Sequence record: NC_022968.1
DNA: 64,000 nt
Direction: 5' to 3' (one strand)
Origin: Escherichia phage 4MG
Below the pieces are notes generated by a model. The model was not told where the DNA came from. It saw only the letters and a program-made list of their open reading frames with translations, and searched no databases. Shown piece by piece: positions 9,886 through 19,617 of the stretch (within the stretch, counting starts at the first letter, position 1; each line of letters starts with the position of its first letter). A program made the translations under genes and the position numbers.

Positions 9886-10637
9886 TTAACCTCTTCTACC
9901 ACGGCGCGGCTTGCTAGCGGCTTGAGCAGCTTTTGCTTTACTTTCTTCCTCTCTCTCGTGGACATCGTTGACAAACTCTTCCACATCGAGAAACTCATTC
10001 AGCCTGAGCAGATAGGCCATATCCGCATGTTCAAGGGACATATAAGATTCCCCTTTGAAACTTTTCAGAGCACGACACCACAAGTAATCGAACCAAGTCA
10101 GTGAGCTATTTTTCTTTGCATACTCCATAGCCCTCAGGACGACTTTCGAAATTTTGGACGGTGTTACTCCGCTGCCACTTCCGTCGCCTGATCCACCGTA
10201 TTCACTTGATGGGTCTGTCCCAGGCGTCCCAGAAGTCCCTGAAGGTCTGCGAAACCGTCTTTCGTGAAAAAACAGCCGTAGTTGATCTCCAGAACTTTAG
10301 CAACAAGCTTAATGAGGTCTAACATTTTATCTTGGAACAGAGCGTCAATATCTACTTTACCCGCCATACCATCAACGGATACATCCTCAAGAATCAATGC
10401 GAAAAGTTTTTCGATATCATCTTGCTCCATCTGTTCAAAGAGGTATAGAATAGCAGTTGGGAGAGCGTCAGAAAGGTTCTGGCCTCCAGTCATCATGGAA
10501 CCAGAGATGGTTGCCATAGGGACTGCTACATAACGACCGATCTTCGGAAGGTTTTTCATAACCTTGGAAGGAGACCAGTGTGTGATAACAAAGTTGTGAC
10601 CTGCGAGGTCGATGTCAGTTGTTGGTCTGATATTCAT
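9886..10637 (-). CDS. tail assembly chaperone frameshift product (GT-like), made by -1 ribosomal frameshift at 10266..10272
   Basis: -1 frame is open from slippery site TGT TTT TTC through the downstream ORF 9886..10128 with no stop (hand-translated). Confidence 0.5.
10164..10637 (-). CDS. tail assembly chaperone (G-like, 157 aa)
   Basis: ORF between tail tube and tape measure; contains slippery heptamer TTTTTTC near its 3' end. Confidence 0.6.
   Translation of the reverse strand: MNIRPTTDIDLAGHNFVITHWSPSKVMKNLPKIGRYVAVPMATISGSMMTGGQNLSDALPTAILYLFEQMEQDDIEKLFALILEDVSVDGMAGKVDIDALFQDKMLDLIKLVAKVLEINYGCFFTKDGFADLQGLLGRLGQTHQVNTVDQATEVAAE
10266..10272 (-). promoter_or_regulatory. -1 programmed frameshift slippery heptamer T TTT TTC
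   Basis: plus strand reads GAAAAAA; X XXY YYZ pattern in zero frame of chaperone gene. Confidence 0.55.
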
Positions 10638-10712
10638 GTACGCTCCTGCGTCTTTGAGATTGAGAGATCCTTACGTGTTTGAAAGGCCACGTCCATGTGG
10701 CACACGAAACAC

Positions 10713-11186
10713 TTATACGATACCTGCAAGACCAGCAAGACCGAAGCCTGCGGAAGACAGAGTATCTGGGCTTAACCAAGCGTCGAGGATACCGATTTCC
10801 CAGTCCATCTGGCCCACTTCTGTACCGTAGGTCAGGTCTGGTTGTTTCTGAATCCAACCGATAGTGCTGAGACCCATACCCTGAGAACCTTCAAGAAGGA
10901 CAGGGAAGAAGATCAGCCCGGTGATAGAAGCTTGTTTCTGCCAGTTTGCGAAGTTTCCGTTCCAAGAAGCGGTGTTCTGGAGGGAAACCGTCATAACACC
11001 AGATTGGTTACGGGATAGTGCGGCAGACAGTTCACCATCAACCCCCATGTGGGGGATGATGTTATCTTCGTTACGAGCAACGACGATCTTGGTATCTGCG
11101 GCAAATCCGGTAACACGCTGAGTCATCAGGTATAGCTTGACTTTTTTAGGGTCGTAAGCATACGGTGTTAGGATAGCTGTATTCAT
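10713..11186 (-). CDS. tail tube protein (157 aa)
   Basis: small ORF immediately downstream of tail sheath gene. Confidence 0.55.
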   Translation of the reverse strand: MNTAILTPYAYDPKKVKLYLMTQRVTGFAADTKIVVARNEDNIIPHMGVDGELSAALSRNQSGVMTVSLQNTASWNGNFANWQKQASITGLIFFPVLLEGSQGMGLSTIGWIQKQPDLTYGTEVGQMDWEIGILDAWLSPDTLSSAGFGLAGLAGIV

Positions 11187-11189
11187 TTA

Positions 11190-12602
11190 TTACACTCCTG
11201 CTGTTACAGTCTGACCGTTTCCGGAACTAGACCCTGTTTTATCTAACAGAACGGTCATGCGGATCTTAACGAAGTGCAGTGGTGTGTTGTACACAAGTTC
11301 CACTTTCACGTTGTTCAGAGTACGAGCAGCCAGATCGTTAGTCGGGATGTTTGCACGAAGCGGGATAGTGATCACCGGATCGTAGAACACTTTGTTAACG
11401 TCATCGTATCCGGTCAGGATAGAACCGTTAGCGATACCTACGTTGATAGGGTTGTTCAGCATCACAGACTTCAGGTTTGGCAGATCGTCATCACTCATCT
11501 TCATGGACAGGCCCTGATTAGAACGACGAGACATGTAGCCGAACACGCTTTCTTCTGTGCGGAATTTCAGCCAGTGACCGAAACGAACAACGTCAACATA
11601 GTTGCCGGAAGCACATTTGCCTTCGTAGAAGGAACCAACACCGTTAATCATACGGTAGAAGTTCAGGTTCTGACCCCAAATGGTCATACGGTCTGTTGCG
11701 CTCAGAACTGGAGCGATAACACCTTCCATAGTCTTCAGGTGAATAGAGTCACCATAAGAAGGATCGTTGGAAGCCATTGCACCGATGATACCACCTTCGG
11801 AGAACGCGCTATCCGCAAGCGGATCGTACATACCGATAGAGGTGTCGTACTGAAGAGCTTTCAGTTGGTTTGCAATAGAGTTGCTACCCGCTGTTTTAAC
11901 CAGTTCGTCAGCAGTTGCATAGACGTGCAGCTTGTAGTTAGCAGCAGCGAATGATGCAGCAGCCAGAATGGATGCGTTAGTGTGAGATTCGGTGCTCAGG
12001 AAGTACCAGTTCTCAGTTGCAGTCAGGATCTGAGGAAGAACAGAGGATACAGTTTCACTTGAAGTGTTGCTGATCACCATGTTTCCGCTGTCGCGCCCGA
12101 CGCTGAATGCACCACCGTTCTTAGGAACGATTGTTACCACACCTGCGCTTGCAGTTGCAGTCAAAACAGTGGTCAGGGTTGCATCACCGTTCAGAGATGC
12201 TGCCAGAGCGGTAGCAATACTGGTTGGTGTAGATGCACCAGTTACCGCCACGATAACGCTGGTCTGATATGCACCAGAAACTACGTTCAGGGCTACAGGA
12301 GCGTCAGGGTCGGTATTGACCTGTCCGGTGAAGTCCACGATGGTGTTAGTAAAGCCTTGACGACCAACCATCAGGTACTGAGGACGGAATGTTCCAGCGA
12401 ATGCTTTTGTTGCGAAGACATAAGCTGGGGAACCTGGAGCGAATCCATCATCTACTAGCTGATCGAGTTCGGTATAAGCGCGAAAACGTTCAGGGAAGAC
12501 GTTGTGGATAGCCAGGAACAGCGGGGTTTCAAACCCTTTGGTGTCGATTGGTTGAGTACCAAGCGCGACTGTTACGTCAACCACCTTATCATTATAAGCC
12601 AT
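11190..12602 (-). CDS. tail sheath protein (470 aa)
   Basis: 470 aa ORF followed by tube gene; N-terminus MAYNDKVVDVTVALGT typical of contractile sheath proteins. Confidence 0.7.
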   Translation of the reverse strand: MAYNDKVVDVTVALGTQPIDTKGFETPLFLAIHNVFPERFRAYTELDQLVDDGFAPGSPAYVFATKAFAGTFRPQYLMVGRQGFTNTIVDFTGQVNTDPDAPVALNVVSGAYQTSVIVAVTGASTPTSIATALAASLNGDATLTTVLTATASAGVVTIVPKNGGAFSVGRDSGNMVISNTSSETVSSVLPQILTATENWYFLSTESHTNASILAAASFAAANYKLHVYATADELVKTAGSNSIANQLKALQYDTSIGMYDPLADSAFSEGGIIGAMASNDPSYGDSIHLKTMEGVIAPVLSATDRMTIWGQNLNFYRMINGVGSFYEGKCASGNYVDVVRFGHWLKFRTEESVFGYMSRRSNQGLSMKMSDDDLPNLKSVMLNNPINVGIANGSILTGYDDVNKVFYDPVITIPLRANIPTNDLAARTLNNVKVELVYNTPLHFVKIRMTVLLDKTGSSSGNGQTVTAGV

Positions 12603-12642
12603 CGGTTTCCTCTTCTTTATTTCTGTACATACAGTTATTGAC

Positions 12643-12683
12643 CAGCACCTCGTTGTGCTGTATTATGAGGGCCGAAGCCCTCT
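12643..12683 (-). other. pair of stem-loops upstream of tail sheath gene
   Basis: CAGCAC-ctcgtt-GTGCTG and GAGGGC-cgaa-GCCCTC in intergenic region 12603..12732. Confidence 0.3.
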
Positions 12684-12732
12684 TATACGATCACTAATAA
12701 GCGAGAGCTTATCAATAACCGAGTGGTTTTCT

Positions 12733-13263
12733 TTAATCTTGAGCCGGGAAGTGATAAACGATTTGAGCGTTGATCTTCTCCAGGTCCTCGAAAGATCCGG
12801 TATCTGTTTCGATGAAGCATACGTTGAACGTAATCAGCACCACAGCACGGTTTTCGAACTTCTGCACGTTCAATGGGACTCTCAAACGAGAAATCGTCGA
12901 AGAGGATGAGTATGCAAAAGGAGAGTTGGTTGGGAAATACTTATCGTAAATGAACGGTAAGTTCATCGCCTGTAGCACCCTGCTTAAAGCATTGGGGGCC
13001 TTGCCACGGTAAGCTGTCAGAGTATACACAACCTCATAGTTGTGAACTGTCGTAGCGTTTCCGTTTACATCAAGCCCCTCGTCAGATTGCCAGTCAAGCT
13101 GGTCAACTGCTGTTAGGTCTACAAGAATGAATTCACCATCAATTTTGGGGATCTCATCCTCTCCTGCCAGAACCACCTTTCGGCCTGTGGTTTCTTTACA
13201 AAAAGAACCAACCGTTTTGGTAAGAGCATCAAAGATCTCATCGGAATTGGTGAATCCTGCCAT
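12733..13263 (-). CDS. hypothetical neck/tail completion protein (176 aa)
   Basis: ORF between head and sheath genes; function by position. Confidence 0.35.
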   Translation of the reverse strand: MAGFTNSDEIFDALTKTVGSFCKETTGRKVVLAGEDEIPKIDGEFILVDLTAVDQLDWQSDEGLDVNGNATTVHNYEVVYTLTAYRGKAPNALSRVLQAMNLPFIYDKYFPTNSPFAYSSSSTISRLRVPLNVQKFENRAVVLITFNVCFIETDTGSFEDLEKINAQIVYHFPAQD

Positions 13264-13700
13264 TAAATTCCTCCGTTTGTTCCTTCAGGAACAGACACCA
13301 CGTAAGCGCGGAAACGTGCAACACCTGTGGTCTGATATGCATCAGACTTGATCACGGTGAACCACACCATTTCCCCACGGGAATTCATCAGCTTAATTTG
13401 GTCAGCAAGTTCATTAGAACCTTCCACCGGACCGCGTAGCATCACTGAAGAGTACACGGTGAAGGAGTCATATTGTCTCCCACCTTCCTGCATCAGTTGA
13501 GATGTGTAATCTCGTGCGGCCTTACCAGTAAGCGGCTGAACAACGCATTCCAGGACATCAAACTCTTCATAGTCGATTTGGATGCCTTGGTTTTCAAATG
13601 GGTTGTCCATATCCACTTTGGCGTATTCTCTGTGTCGTCCAACAAATGTTGGTCGCGGGATCAGTTTGTTTCTACCAATAAGTCTGTAACCTTGAGCCAT
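13263..13700 (-). CDS. hypothetical neck protein (145 aa)
   Basis: ORF with overlapping stop/start in neck region. Confidence 0.35.
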   Translation of the reverse strand: MAQGYRLIGRNKLIPRPTFVGRHREYAKVDMDNPFENQGIQIDYEEFDVLECVVQPLTGKAARDYTSQLMQEGGRQYDSFTVYSSVMLRGPVEGSNELADQIKLMNSRGEMVWFTVIKSDAYQTTGVARFRAYVVSVPEGTNGGI

Positions 13701-14182
13701 TATACCCCCGAATCCTTACCTTTTGAAATTCTGAATGTTGTGGACTCTTTGAGGTCTCCATAATGGAACATCGCCTCTTTGAATCCCTTGACATCAGCCC
13801 AGGCATCAGATACTGTGTTGTGAGGGAAAAGTCCGGTGTCGATCACGAATTGGATTTTTCTCGCCCCGGCTTTACCAATCCTGTTGAGGATCGGGGTCAG
13901 GTTCTGACCACCCATTGCGAGATATGCAAACAGATCTTTTTGTAGTTTGTTCAGTTCCTTGTTAAAGGCAACTGCGGCACTGGTCATGAATGTACGAGCA
14001 GGTAGCCCGTTCCAGCCCTCTTGGTGAATCGCTGCGAGAGTCGCAGTATTAAGACCTGAGTAGTGAGGGTCATCGTAGTAACCGTATGATACTTGACGAT
14101 AATCAAGCACTTTGGTTGCCTTATAAAAGTTCTCTAACTGACTCAGATCTTGCTTACTTGTGAATTTTGGTCTCATAGCCAC
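13700..14182 (-). CDS. hypothetical neck protein (160 aa)
   Basis: ORF in neck region. Confidence 0.35.
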   Translation of the reverse strand: MAMRPKFTSKQDLSQLENFYKATKVLDYRQVSYGYYDDPHYSGLNTATLAAIHQEGWNGLPARTFMTSAAVAFNKELNKLQKDLFAYLAMGGQNLTPILNRIGKAGARKIQFVIDTGLFPHNTVSDAWADVKGFKEAMFHYGDLKESTTFRISKGKDSGV

Positions 14183-14241
14183 ATCCGTTTAGGTATTTTA
14201 CCACATTATCTTAGCAAAATCAACGATCAAGCGAAGGATAA

Positions 14242-14760
14242 TTAACGAGGCCAGCGGTGAGGGTATCTACGGGGGATTCCCGGTACACCAGTCTGGGGTA
14301 CAATGCCTGCAACATCGAAAGGACCTCTTGAGTTTGGATTCCTTTTAACGCGAAGATATTCATCTTGACGAACACCGCCAACAATGACTAAACTTGATAC
14401 CGCGCTGAGGCAATCATTCACATAATCCGGGTTAGCTTGCAGCCAGTCTAGGAAGTCTTTCCAGTTCTGGTATGTAGATCCACCCTTGACCTGGATAGTC
14501 TCGTCACCGATCTTTTCCAGACGTTCTGTGATAGATGCTTCACCAGAGTTAACTTCTTGCAGGATTAACCAACGAACGACATCCACCATCGTGTTATAGA
14601 TAACACGCCACATGTCGCAAGGGGTTGCATCAGGATTAGGCCACCCGGCCTTTACCTTTTCAATTGCAAGGAATGCCAGAATTGTTTCATCAGGCAAGAC
14701 CTCTGGAGGAATTGACCCAAGGAGCAGTCGAATGTAATCAATAATTTCTTGGTCTGTCAT
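14242..14760 (-). CDS. hypothetical head-tail connector protein (172 aa)
   Basis: ORF in neck region. Confidence 0.35.
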   Translation of the reverse strand: MTDQEIIDYIRLLLGSIPPEVLPDETILAFLAIEKVKAGWPNPDATPCDMWRVIYNTMVDVVRWLILQEVNSGEASITERLEKIGDETIQVKGGSTYQNWKDFLDWLQANPDYVNDCLSAVSSLVIVGGVRQDEYLRVKRNPNSRGPFDVAGIVPQTGVPGIPRRYPHRWPR

Positions 14761-14834
14761 TTTCGCTCCTGTTGGATTGCTCTTCTATTAATCAATATCT
14801 TATCATAAAAGATTCTATTTGTCATTAAAAAGAC

Positions 14835-14862
14835 TTGACAAGGCGTTATCACATGGTATATT
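14835..14862 (+). promoter_or_regulatory. sigma70-like promoter (TTGACA, 16 nt spacer, TATATT)
   Basis: -35 at 14835..14840, -10 at 14857..14862, upstream of RBS TAGGAGAA and ATG 14895. Confidence 0.5.
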
Positions 14863-14894
14863 AACCTTAATTAACGAACATAGGAGAACATTTT

Positions 14895-15299
14895 ATGAAG
14901 AATACTAAGGGAATTGTTTCACTGGCTGTCGGTGCTGTTGTTGCGGCTTTGGTGACGACCACCTACATCATGAAGCATCCAAATCTGGACAACATGCAAG
15001 CCATCGAATCAAGCTGGCTGTCGAAGGAAGAGAAAACAGCAAGTATCCATCGACTTGTGCGTTTGTCTTGCGACCAATCATTTCGTAAGGCATTTAAGCC
15101 TGGGGTGTCTGTAGTGCAGACAGGGGAGATGGATGAGATCACAGAGCAAGCAGAAGGCTATCAATATCTCAACGATGTGGCAATCCTCTATGGAACGAAA
15201 GGTTACAAAGGGGCATACATCTGCACATACTATAAAGATGGTAAAGAGCCTATGGTTAATGTGAATATGGAAGCGGGTGTTAAACCACTCCTAAAATAA
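14895..15299 (+). CDS. membrane-anchored protein (134 aa), plus-strand insert in minus-strand structural block
   Basis: ATG with strong RBS; N-terminal hydrophobic segment IVSLAVGAVVAALVTTTYIM; own promoter and flanking hairpin. Confidence 0.55.
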   Translation: MKNTKGIVSLAVGAVVAALVTTTYIMKHPNLDNMQAIESSWLSKEEKTASIHRLVRLSCDQSFRKAFKPGVSVVQTGEMDEITEQAEGYQYLNDVAILYGTKGYKGAYICTYYKDGKEPMVNVNMEAGVKPLLK

Positions 15300-15300
15300 A

Positions 15301-15316
15301 AGGCCCCGAAGGGCCT
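15301..15316. terminator. bidirectional hairpin terminator
   Basis: AGGCCC-cgaa-GGGCCT, A-run upstream and T-rich downstream on minus strand; between convergent genes 14895..15299 and 15322..15621. Confidence 0.5.
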
Positions 15317-15321
15317 TATGA

Positions 15322-15621
15322 TTACGCCATAATACCAGCGGCTTTTAGTTTTGCCAGCAGAGCGTTAAAGTCAGTAACCAGACCAGCAGCATCAGTTGCT
15401 GTACTGTTTGCCTGAGTTGCAGCCATTTTAACGCCACCAACTACGCTTGTAGTCGCAGCCACAGGTGCGAAAGTGGTTGGTTTGCCTGTGATATCAGCCC
15501 AAGCTACAGAACCACCGCCACCAGATCCTGAGATAATATCAGCAACGCTGATTGATTGTCCAGTACCAAGGTCGATGAGTTTAGTTGCGTAAAGCAGACC
15601 AGCTACACCAGAAGTTGCCAT
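15322..15621 (-). CDS. hypothetical protein, Ala/Gly/Thr-rich (99 aa)
   Basis: ORF with RBS. Confidence 0.35.
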   Translation of the reverse strand: MATSGVAGLLYATKLIDLGTGQSISVADIISGSGGGGSVAWADITGKPTTFAPVAATTSVVGGVKMAATQANSTATDAAGLVTDFNALLAKLKAAGIMA

Positions 15622-15634
15622 ATTTTATTTCTCC

Positions 15635-16279
15635 TTATAGGAATGAGTCGGGTAATGCAGGGATTGTTGCGATTGTGGAAGCTTGTTCCACTTGGTCAAG
15701 GTAAGACCAATAAGACTTCATCATTTCATACTGAGCACGAGAAACCTGTGTTACAAGGTCTTTCATTTCTGCATGGGTGAAGTCAGATTTGTATCCATCA
15801 AGGAATCGGAATGGGTAGACTTCTGAGGACTGATCCCCGTCTGCTTCCAGAACCGACTTAATGGAGAGAAGAGTCGCAAGGTCGAAGCTTTTAACTCTAA
15901 CTTTGTACTCAACATTGTCAACCGGATAAGGAATCCCGATATCAAGATCGCGAGATAGAATATTTTGAGCCGCAGCCTTGTAACTCTGCTTGGCAGATTC
16001 AAGGTTTGCTGCAATTTCTTCTGGCGTAAAATCTCTTGAGTTCCACGTCTGTTCCCATTGCTGAGTTTGGTCGTTGAAATGTGGAGCACCCTCAGTTACC
16101 ACATCACCAGTCGGAGGTGTGACAGGGATTACCGGAAAGTAGCCAAACTCAACAAGGTTCTCAGAATAAATCCAAGTACCGATGCTCACGTTAGGATTGT
16201 CTGCTCTGAAGTCAGCCAAGTAAACCGGATATCTCCCATCAGAAGACCTGATCATGGGTGTGTATGAATATACTACCAT
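15635..16279 (-). CDS. hypothetical tail fiber-associated protein (214 aa)
   Basis: ORF immediately downstream of collagen-like fiber gene, RBS AAGGAGAG. Confidence 0.4.
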   Translation of the reverse strand: MVVYSYTPMIRSSDGRYPVYLADFRADNPNVSIGTWIYSENLVEFGYFPVIPVTPPTGDVVTEGAPHFNDQTQQWEQTWNSRDFTPEEIAANLESAKQSYKAAAQNILSRDLDIGIPYPVDNVEYKVRVKSFDLATLLSIKSVLEADGDQSSEVYPFRFLDGYKSDFTHAEMKDLVTQVSRAQYEMMKSYWSYLDQVEQASTIATIPALPDSFL

Positions 16280-16295
16280 TTACTCTCCTTGAGAA

Positions 16296-16315
16296 GGGGC
16301 CGAAGCCCCTTTATT
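16296..16315. terminator. intergenic hairpin (GGGGC-cgaa-GCCCC) with T-run on plus strand
   Basis: stem-loop directly after stop of fiber gene. Confidence 0.35.
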
Positions 16316-18941
16316 AGTTGACAGTAAGAGAGGTTGTACCTGTCAGGTTTGTACCATCCCAAAGGATCGTAACAACTGTGCGGGTAGTTCCCAAAGTAAC
16401 CGCCGTACCGTTTGACCATGCTAAGTTTCCAGGCCACGTCAGTGACGCACCAGAACCTGTGAACACGATAACGATTGTCATTGCCCTGTTTGCAGGCAAA
16501 TTAGTAAAGCTCATGGTTTTGTTCGCTGTACCATCAACCTTGAAGACCTGAGACACGCTAACATCCATAGCTCCAGTTGAAGAAGTTACCAGAAGGTCGT
16601 AACGATCCAGTTTCTTCCATGCACTGTTTACACGAACGTAATAGCCGCTGTCAGCAGGGGCTTCAAGAACTGGCACATCTACCCAACCAGAACTTGTACG
16701 CGCCTGTGGCGTTGTTGAGGAGGTATCGTAGACGTTACCACCACCCATGTATCCCAGAGAAGCCCATACCGTAGCAGAAGTCTTCTGGAAATACTCAAGG
16801 GTGCTTTTGTTGATGAAGTAGTCACCAACACGTCCATCAGCAGGCCCTGGGTTACGTGGGAAGTTCAACCAAAGCGTACCTTGGTCACCTTTCACACCCT
16901 GGATACCCTGAGTACCTTGTGGACCCTGAGGTCCAGTTGGTCCAGCAGGCCCCGTAGGTCCTACGAATCCACCAACGTTGATCCAGTCATTGTCTGTTAC
17001 ACTCCAAACCCACAGGTCTGTTCCGATGATCCAGCCGTCACCTTCAGTACCTGTTGCTGGTAGATCAGCTTCAGATGCTTTGGTTCCTAGAGGTTTAATA
17101 CCAGCGCCCTGGTCTCCTTTAGGTCCTTGTGGGCCTGTTGGTCCGGTAGGACCTGCATCACCCTTCGGACCCTGTGGTCCATCAACACCTTGGAGTCCTT
17201 GGATACCCTGGTCTCCCTGAGGTCCTCGCATTACACCCAAGTTGGCCCAGTCAGAACCTGTAAAGGCAAAGCCCTCCCCGGTATCTACTGTGGTGTAATA
17301 ATCCCCATGAGATGCCCCAACCGGAAGGTCTGCTTCTGTTGGTACTGTTCCAAGAGGGTTAAGCGGAACACCCATTGGACCCTCAGGCCCTTGAGCACCA
17401 TCAGCACCAGCAGGCCCTGTATCTCCGGTGTCACCTTTAGGACCCTGAGGTCCATCAACACCTTGTGGACCCTGTGGGCCTGTAGGCCCGGTATCACCAG
17501 TGTCACCTTTATCGCCCTTCGGACCTACATATGGACCAACGTTGATCCACTGTGCATCAGATTGACTCCAGACATACAGGTTTGGTACAATGATCCAAGC
17601 ATCACCAGATGTTCCTGTCGCAGGAAGTTCAGATGTGGCACCTTTCGTACCGAGAACGCGAGCACTGTAACCTGTTTCACCACGGTCGCCCTTCGGACCT
17701 ACTGGTCCTTGAGGTCCAACTGGTCCGGTAAGGCCCGTGTCGCCCTTATCTCCTTTCGGACCTACGGGTCCCTGGATACCCTGTGCGCCGTCATTTCCCT
17801 GAGGACCCTGAGGTCCTGTTGGTCCGGTTGGACCTTGATCGCCTTTCTGTCCCTGTGGACCCTGAGGACCAACGTCACCATCGTCGCCTTTTGGCCCCTG
17901 AACAGGACCGATATCTTCCCATGCACCGTCAGAAGTCCACACCCAAACATGATTATCTGTTTGAACAACCCAAGCATCAGCAACGGCGTTGCCGAAAGCA
18001 GGAAGATCTGCGGTGGTGGCTTTTGTACCTTTCAGTTTAACAATGGCGGCATCGTTACCTTTATCGCCCTTCGGACCCTGAGGTCCTTGTGCGCCAGTAA
18101 GCCCTTGGATACCTTGAACACCCTGATCGCCTTTCTCACCACGATCACCTTTGTCACCTTTAGGTCCTTGTGGCCCTGTGGCACCAGTCGCACCCTGAGG
18201 CCCTGTTGGACCTACCTGACCAACTGGTTGCCAACCGTCAGCAGCGCCAGTCCATACCCACATCTGTTCTTGGACGATATAAGTATCACCCTCAGTGTTT
18301 CCTTCTGTAGGCAGGAATGCTGTGTCTGTGAAAGAGCCTTTGATTACAAGACCGATACCGTCCTGCCCTTGTGGACCTGCGAAGTCTCCAAGGTCAACCC
18401 ATTGCTGGTTTACAACAGTCCAGTAGTGTGTTCCAATAACGTATGTGTCGCCTTCCTGCATGGTTGATGCAGGTGGGAGTTGGGAAGGGTCTCCCAGAAT
18501 ACCTTGGATGTAAATACCAACACCCGGTTCACCTTGCGGCCCCTGGTCACCCTTATCCCCCTTTTCACCAGGTGGGACATACAGCCCCTCTTCACCTGGA
18601 TCAGTAACCTCAACAAGGGTGTTTCCATCCTTACTTGAGATCGGAATAACGATTTGAGGAGGAGCAACATACAGCTTTCCACCCGCCAATACAAGCAGGT
18701 TGTCACTGATTGTGCTGACACCAACGGAAAGACCGTCAGCACCAGCCACAAGAGCATTTCCGGAAGCAGGATCTACAATAACAGTTGCCTTCAGTGGGGT
18801 AGTGGATGTACCATTACCGAGAAGTGTGACGGTGGTCGTATCTTCCGTATGGAATTGACCATCATCAACAAAGGTCTCACCTGCACCGCCCTCAGGAAGG
18901 ATCAGTTCAGCGTTGACGACCTTATCATTGTAATCTGCCAT
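16314..18941 (-). CDS. collagen-like tail fiber protein (875 aa)
   Basis: multiple Gly-X-Y runs ([42 protein letters not shown]) separated by non-collagen segments. Confidence 0.65.
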   Translation of the reverse strand: MADYNDKVVNAELILPEGGAGETFVDDGQFHTEDTTTVTLLGNGTSTTPLKATVIVDPASGNALVAGADGLSVGVSTISDNLLVLAGGKLYVAPPQIVIPISSKDGNTLVEVTDPGEEGLYVPPGEKGDKGDQGPQGEPGVGIYIQGILGDPSQLPPASTMQEGDTYVIGTHYWTVVNQQWVDLGDFAGPQGQDGIGLVIKGSFTDTAFLPTEGNTEGDTYIVQEQMWVWTGAADGWQPVGQVGPTGPQGATGATGPQGPKGDKGDRGEKGDQGVQGIQGLTGAQGPQGPKGDKGNDAAIVKLKGTKATTADLPAFGNAVADAWVVQTDNHVWVWTSDGAWEDIGPVQGPKGDDGDVGPQGPQGQKGDQGPTGPTGPQGPQGNDGAQGIQGPVGPKGDKGDTGLTGPVGPQGPVGPKGDRGETGYSARVLGTKGATSELPATGTSGDAWIIVPNLYVWSQSDAQWINVGPYVGPKGDKGDTGDTGPTGPQGPQGVDGPQGPKGDTGDTGPAGADGAQGPEGPMGVPLNPLGTVPTEADLPVGASHGDYYTTVDTGEGFAFTGSDWANLGVMRGPQGDQGIQGLQGVDGPQGPKGDAGPTGPTGPQGPKGDQGAGIKPLGTKASEADLPATGTEGDGWIIGTDLWVWSVTDNDWINVGGFVGPTGPAGPTGPQGPQGTQGIQGVKGDQGTLWLNFPRNPGPADGRVGDYFINKSTLEYFQKTSATVWASLGYMGGGNVYDTSSTTPQARTSSGWVDVPVLEAPADSGYYVRVNSAWKKLDRYDLLVTSSTGAMDVSVSQVFKVDGTANKTMSFTNLPANRAMTIVIVFTGSGASLTWPGNLAWSNGTAVTLGTTRTVVTILWDGTNLTGTTSLTVN
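16840..18580 (-). repeat. in-frame collagen-like GGN-CCN nucleotide repeats
   Basis: reiterated ggtcc/ggacc motifs encoding G-X-Y triplets. Confidence 0.6.
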
Positions 18942-18950
18942 TTTTACCCC

Positions 18951-19484
18951 TTATTTTGCAGGCTCTAGTTCTTCAAGAGCAGCCTTGAAGTCAGCCATCA
19001 TGTTTTCGAAAGATTTGTTTTTCGCAAGGGTGATACCTTTGGTTGCAGCAAGATCAGCAAGTTTATCTTTGCTTCCTTTCTTATCAGCTTCATCATTAAG
19101 GGCTTCTGCCTGAGCCAGAATAGCTTCATAGCTTGCAGATTTAACCTCAACAACCTCAGTCTTGACATCTTCAACCTTAGGCGCTACAGTCGCTTCTACT
19201 GCCTTACCGCGACGGTTAGGGTTTGGAAGAGCACTGTTGAAAAATACGATGTATGTACCCATACGCAGTGTGGAATGTTCAGCATCAACATCCAGTCCGG
19301 AGATCTCTGCAAGAGCTTTGAAGAAGTCAACGGAGTTGCGGAAAGCTTTGTGCTCTTTTCCAACACAGAATCCATTCAGAGGAAGACGTGCTGATACCCC
19401 AACATTCAGGTCAGGAGCATAAGTGCCGAAGAATTTGAACAGTTCTACTTTGTTCGGGAAAATACGATAGTTTTGATTAGCCAT
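18951..19484 (-). CDS. hypothetical structural protein (177 aa)
   Basis: ATG at 19484 with RBS GGAGA; downstream of major capsid gene. Confidence 0.4.
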   Translation of the reverse strand: MANQNYRIFPNKVELFKFFGTYAPDLNVGVSARLPLNGFCVGKEHKAFRNSVDFFKALAEISGLDVDAEHSTLRMGTYIVFFNSALPNPNRRGKAVEATVAPKVEDVKTEVVEVKSASYEAILAQAEALNDEADKKGSKDKLADLAATKGITLAKNKSFENMMADFKAALEELEPAK

Positions 19485-19617
19485 AAAATCTCCATTGGTT
19501 ACCTTAGTAAAAACCACTTGACACCAGTCATGAAGTGGCTATTATTAAGGTGACGAAAATAAAAAAGGGAGAGGTGAATAATCACCTCCCCCTCTTAGAG
19601 GTAGCAGTTACGCTATC

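Noticed and set aside
11274-11954. 226 aa plus-strand ORF
   Set aside because: Antisense to the tail sheath gene, no RBS, odd composition.
17127-18467. 446 aa plus-strand ORF
   Set aside because: Antisense to the collagen-like fiber gene; low-complexity product of reading GGN-CCN repeats in reverse.
16840-18580. Repetitive DNA considered as a possible CRISPR array or tandem repeat element
   Set aside because: Repeats are 9 nt GGN-CCN units in frame within a long ORF encoding Gly-X-Y collagen triplets; no repeat-spacer structure.
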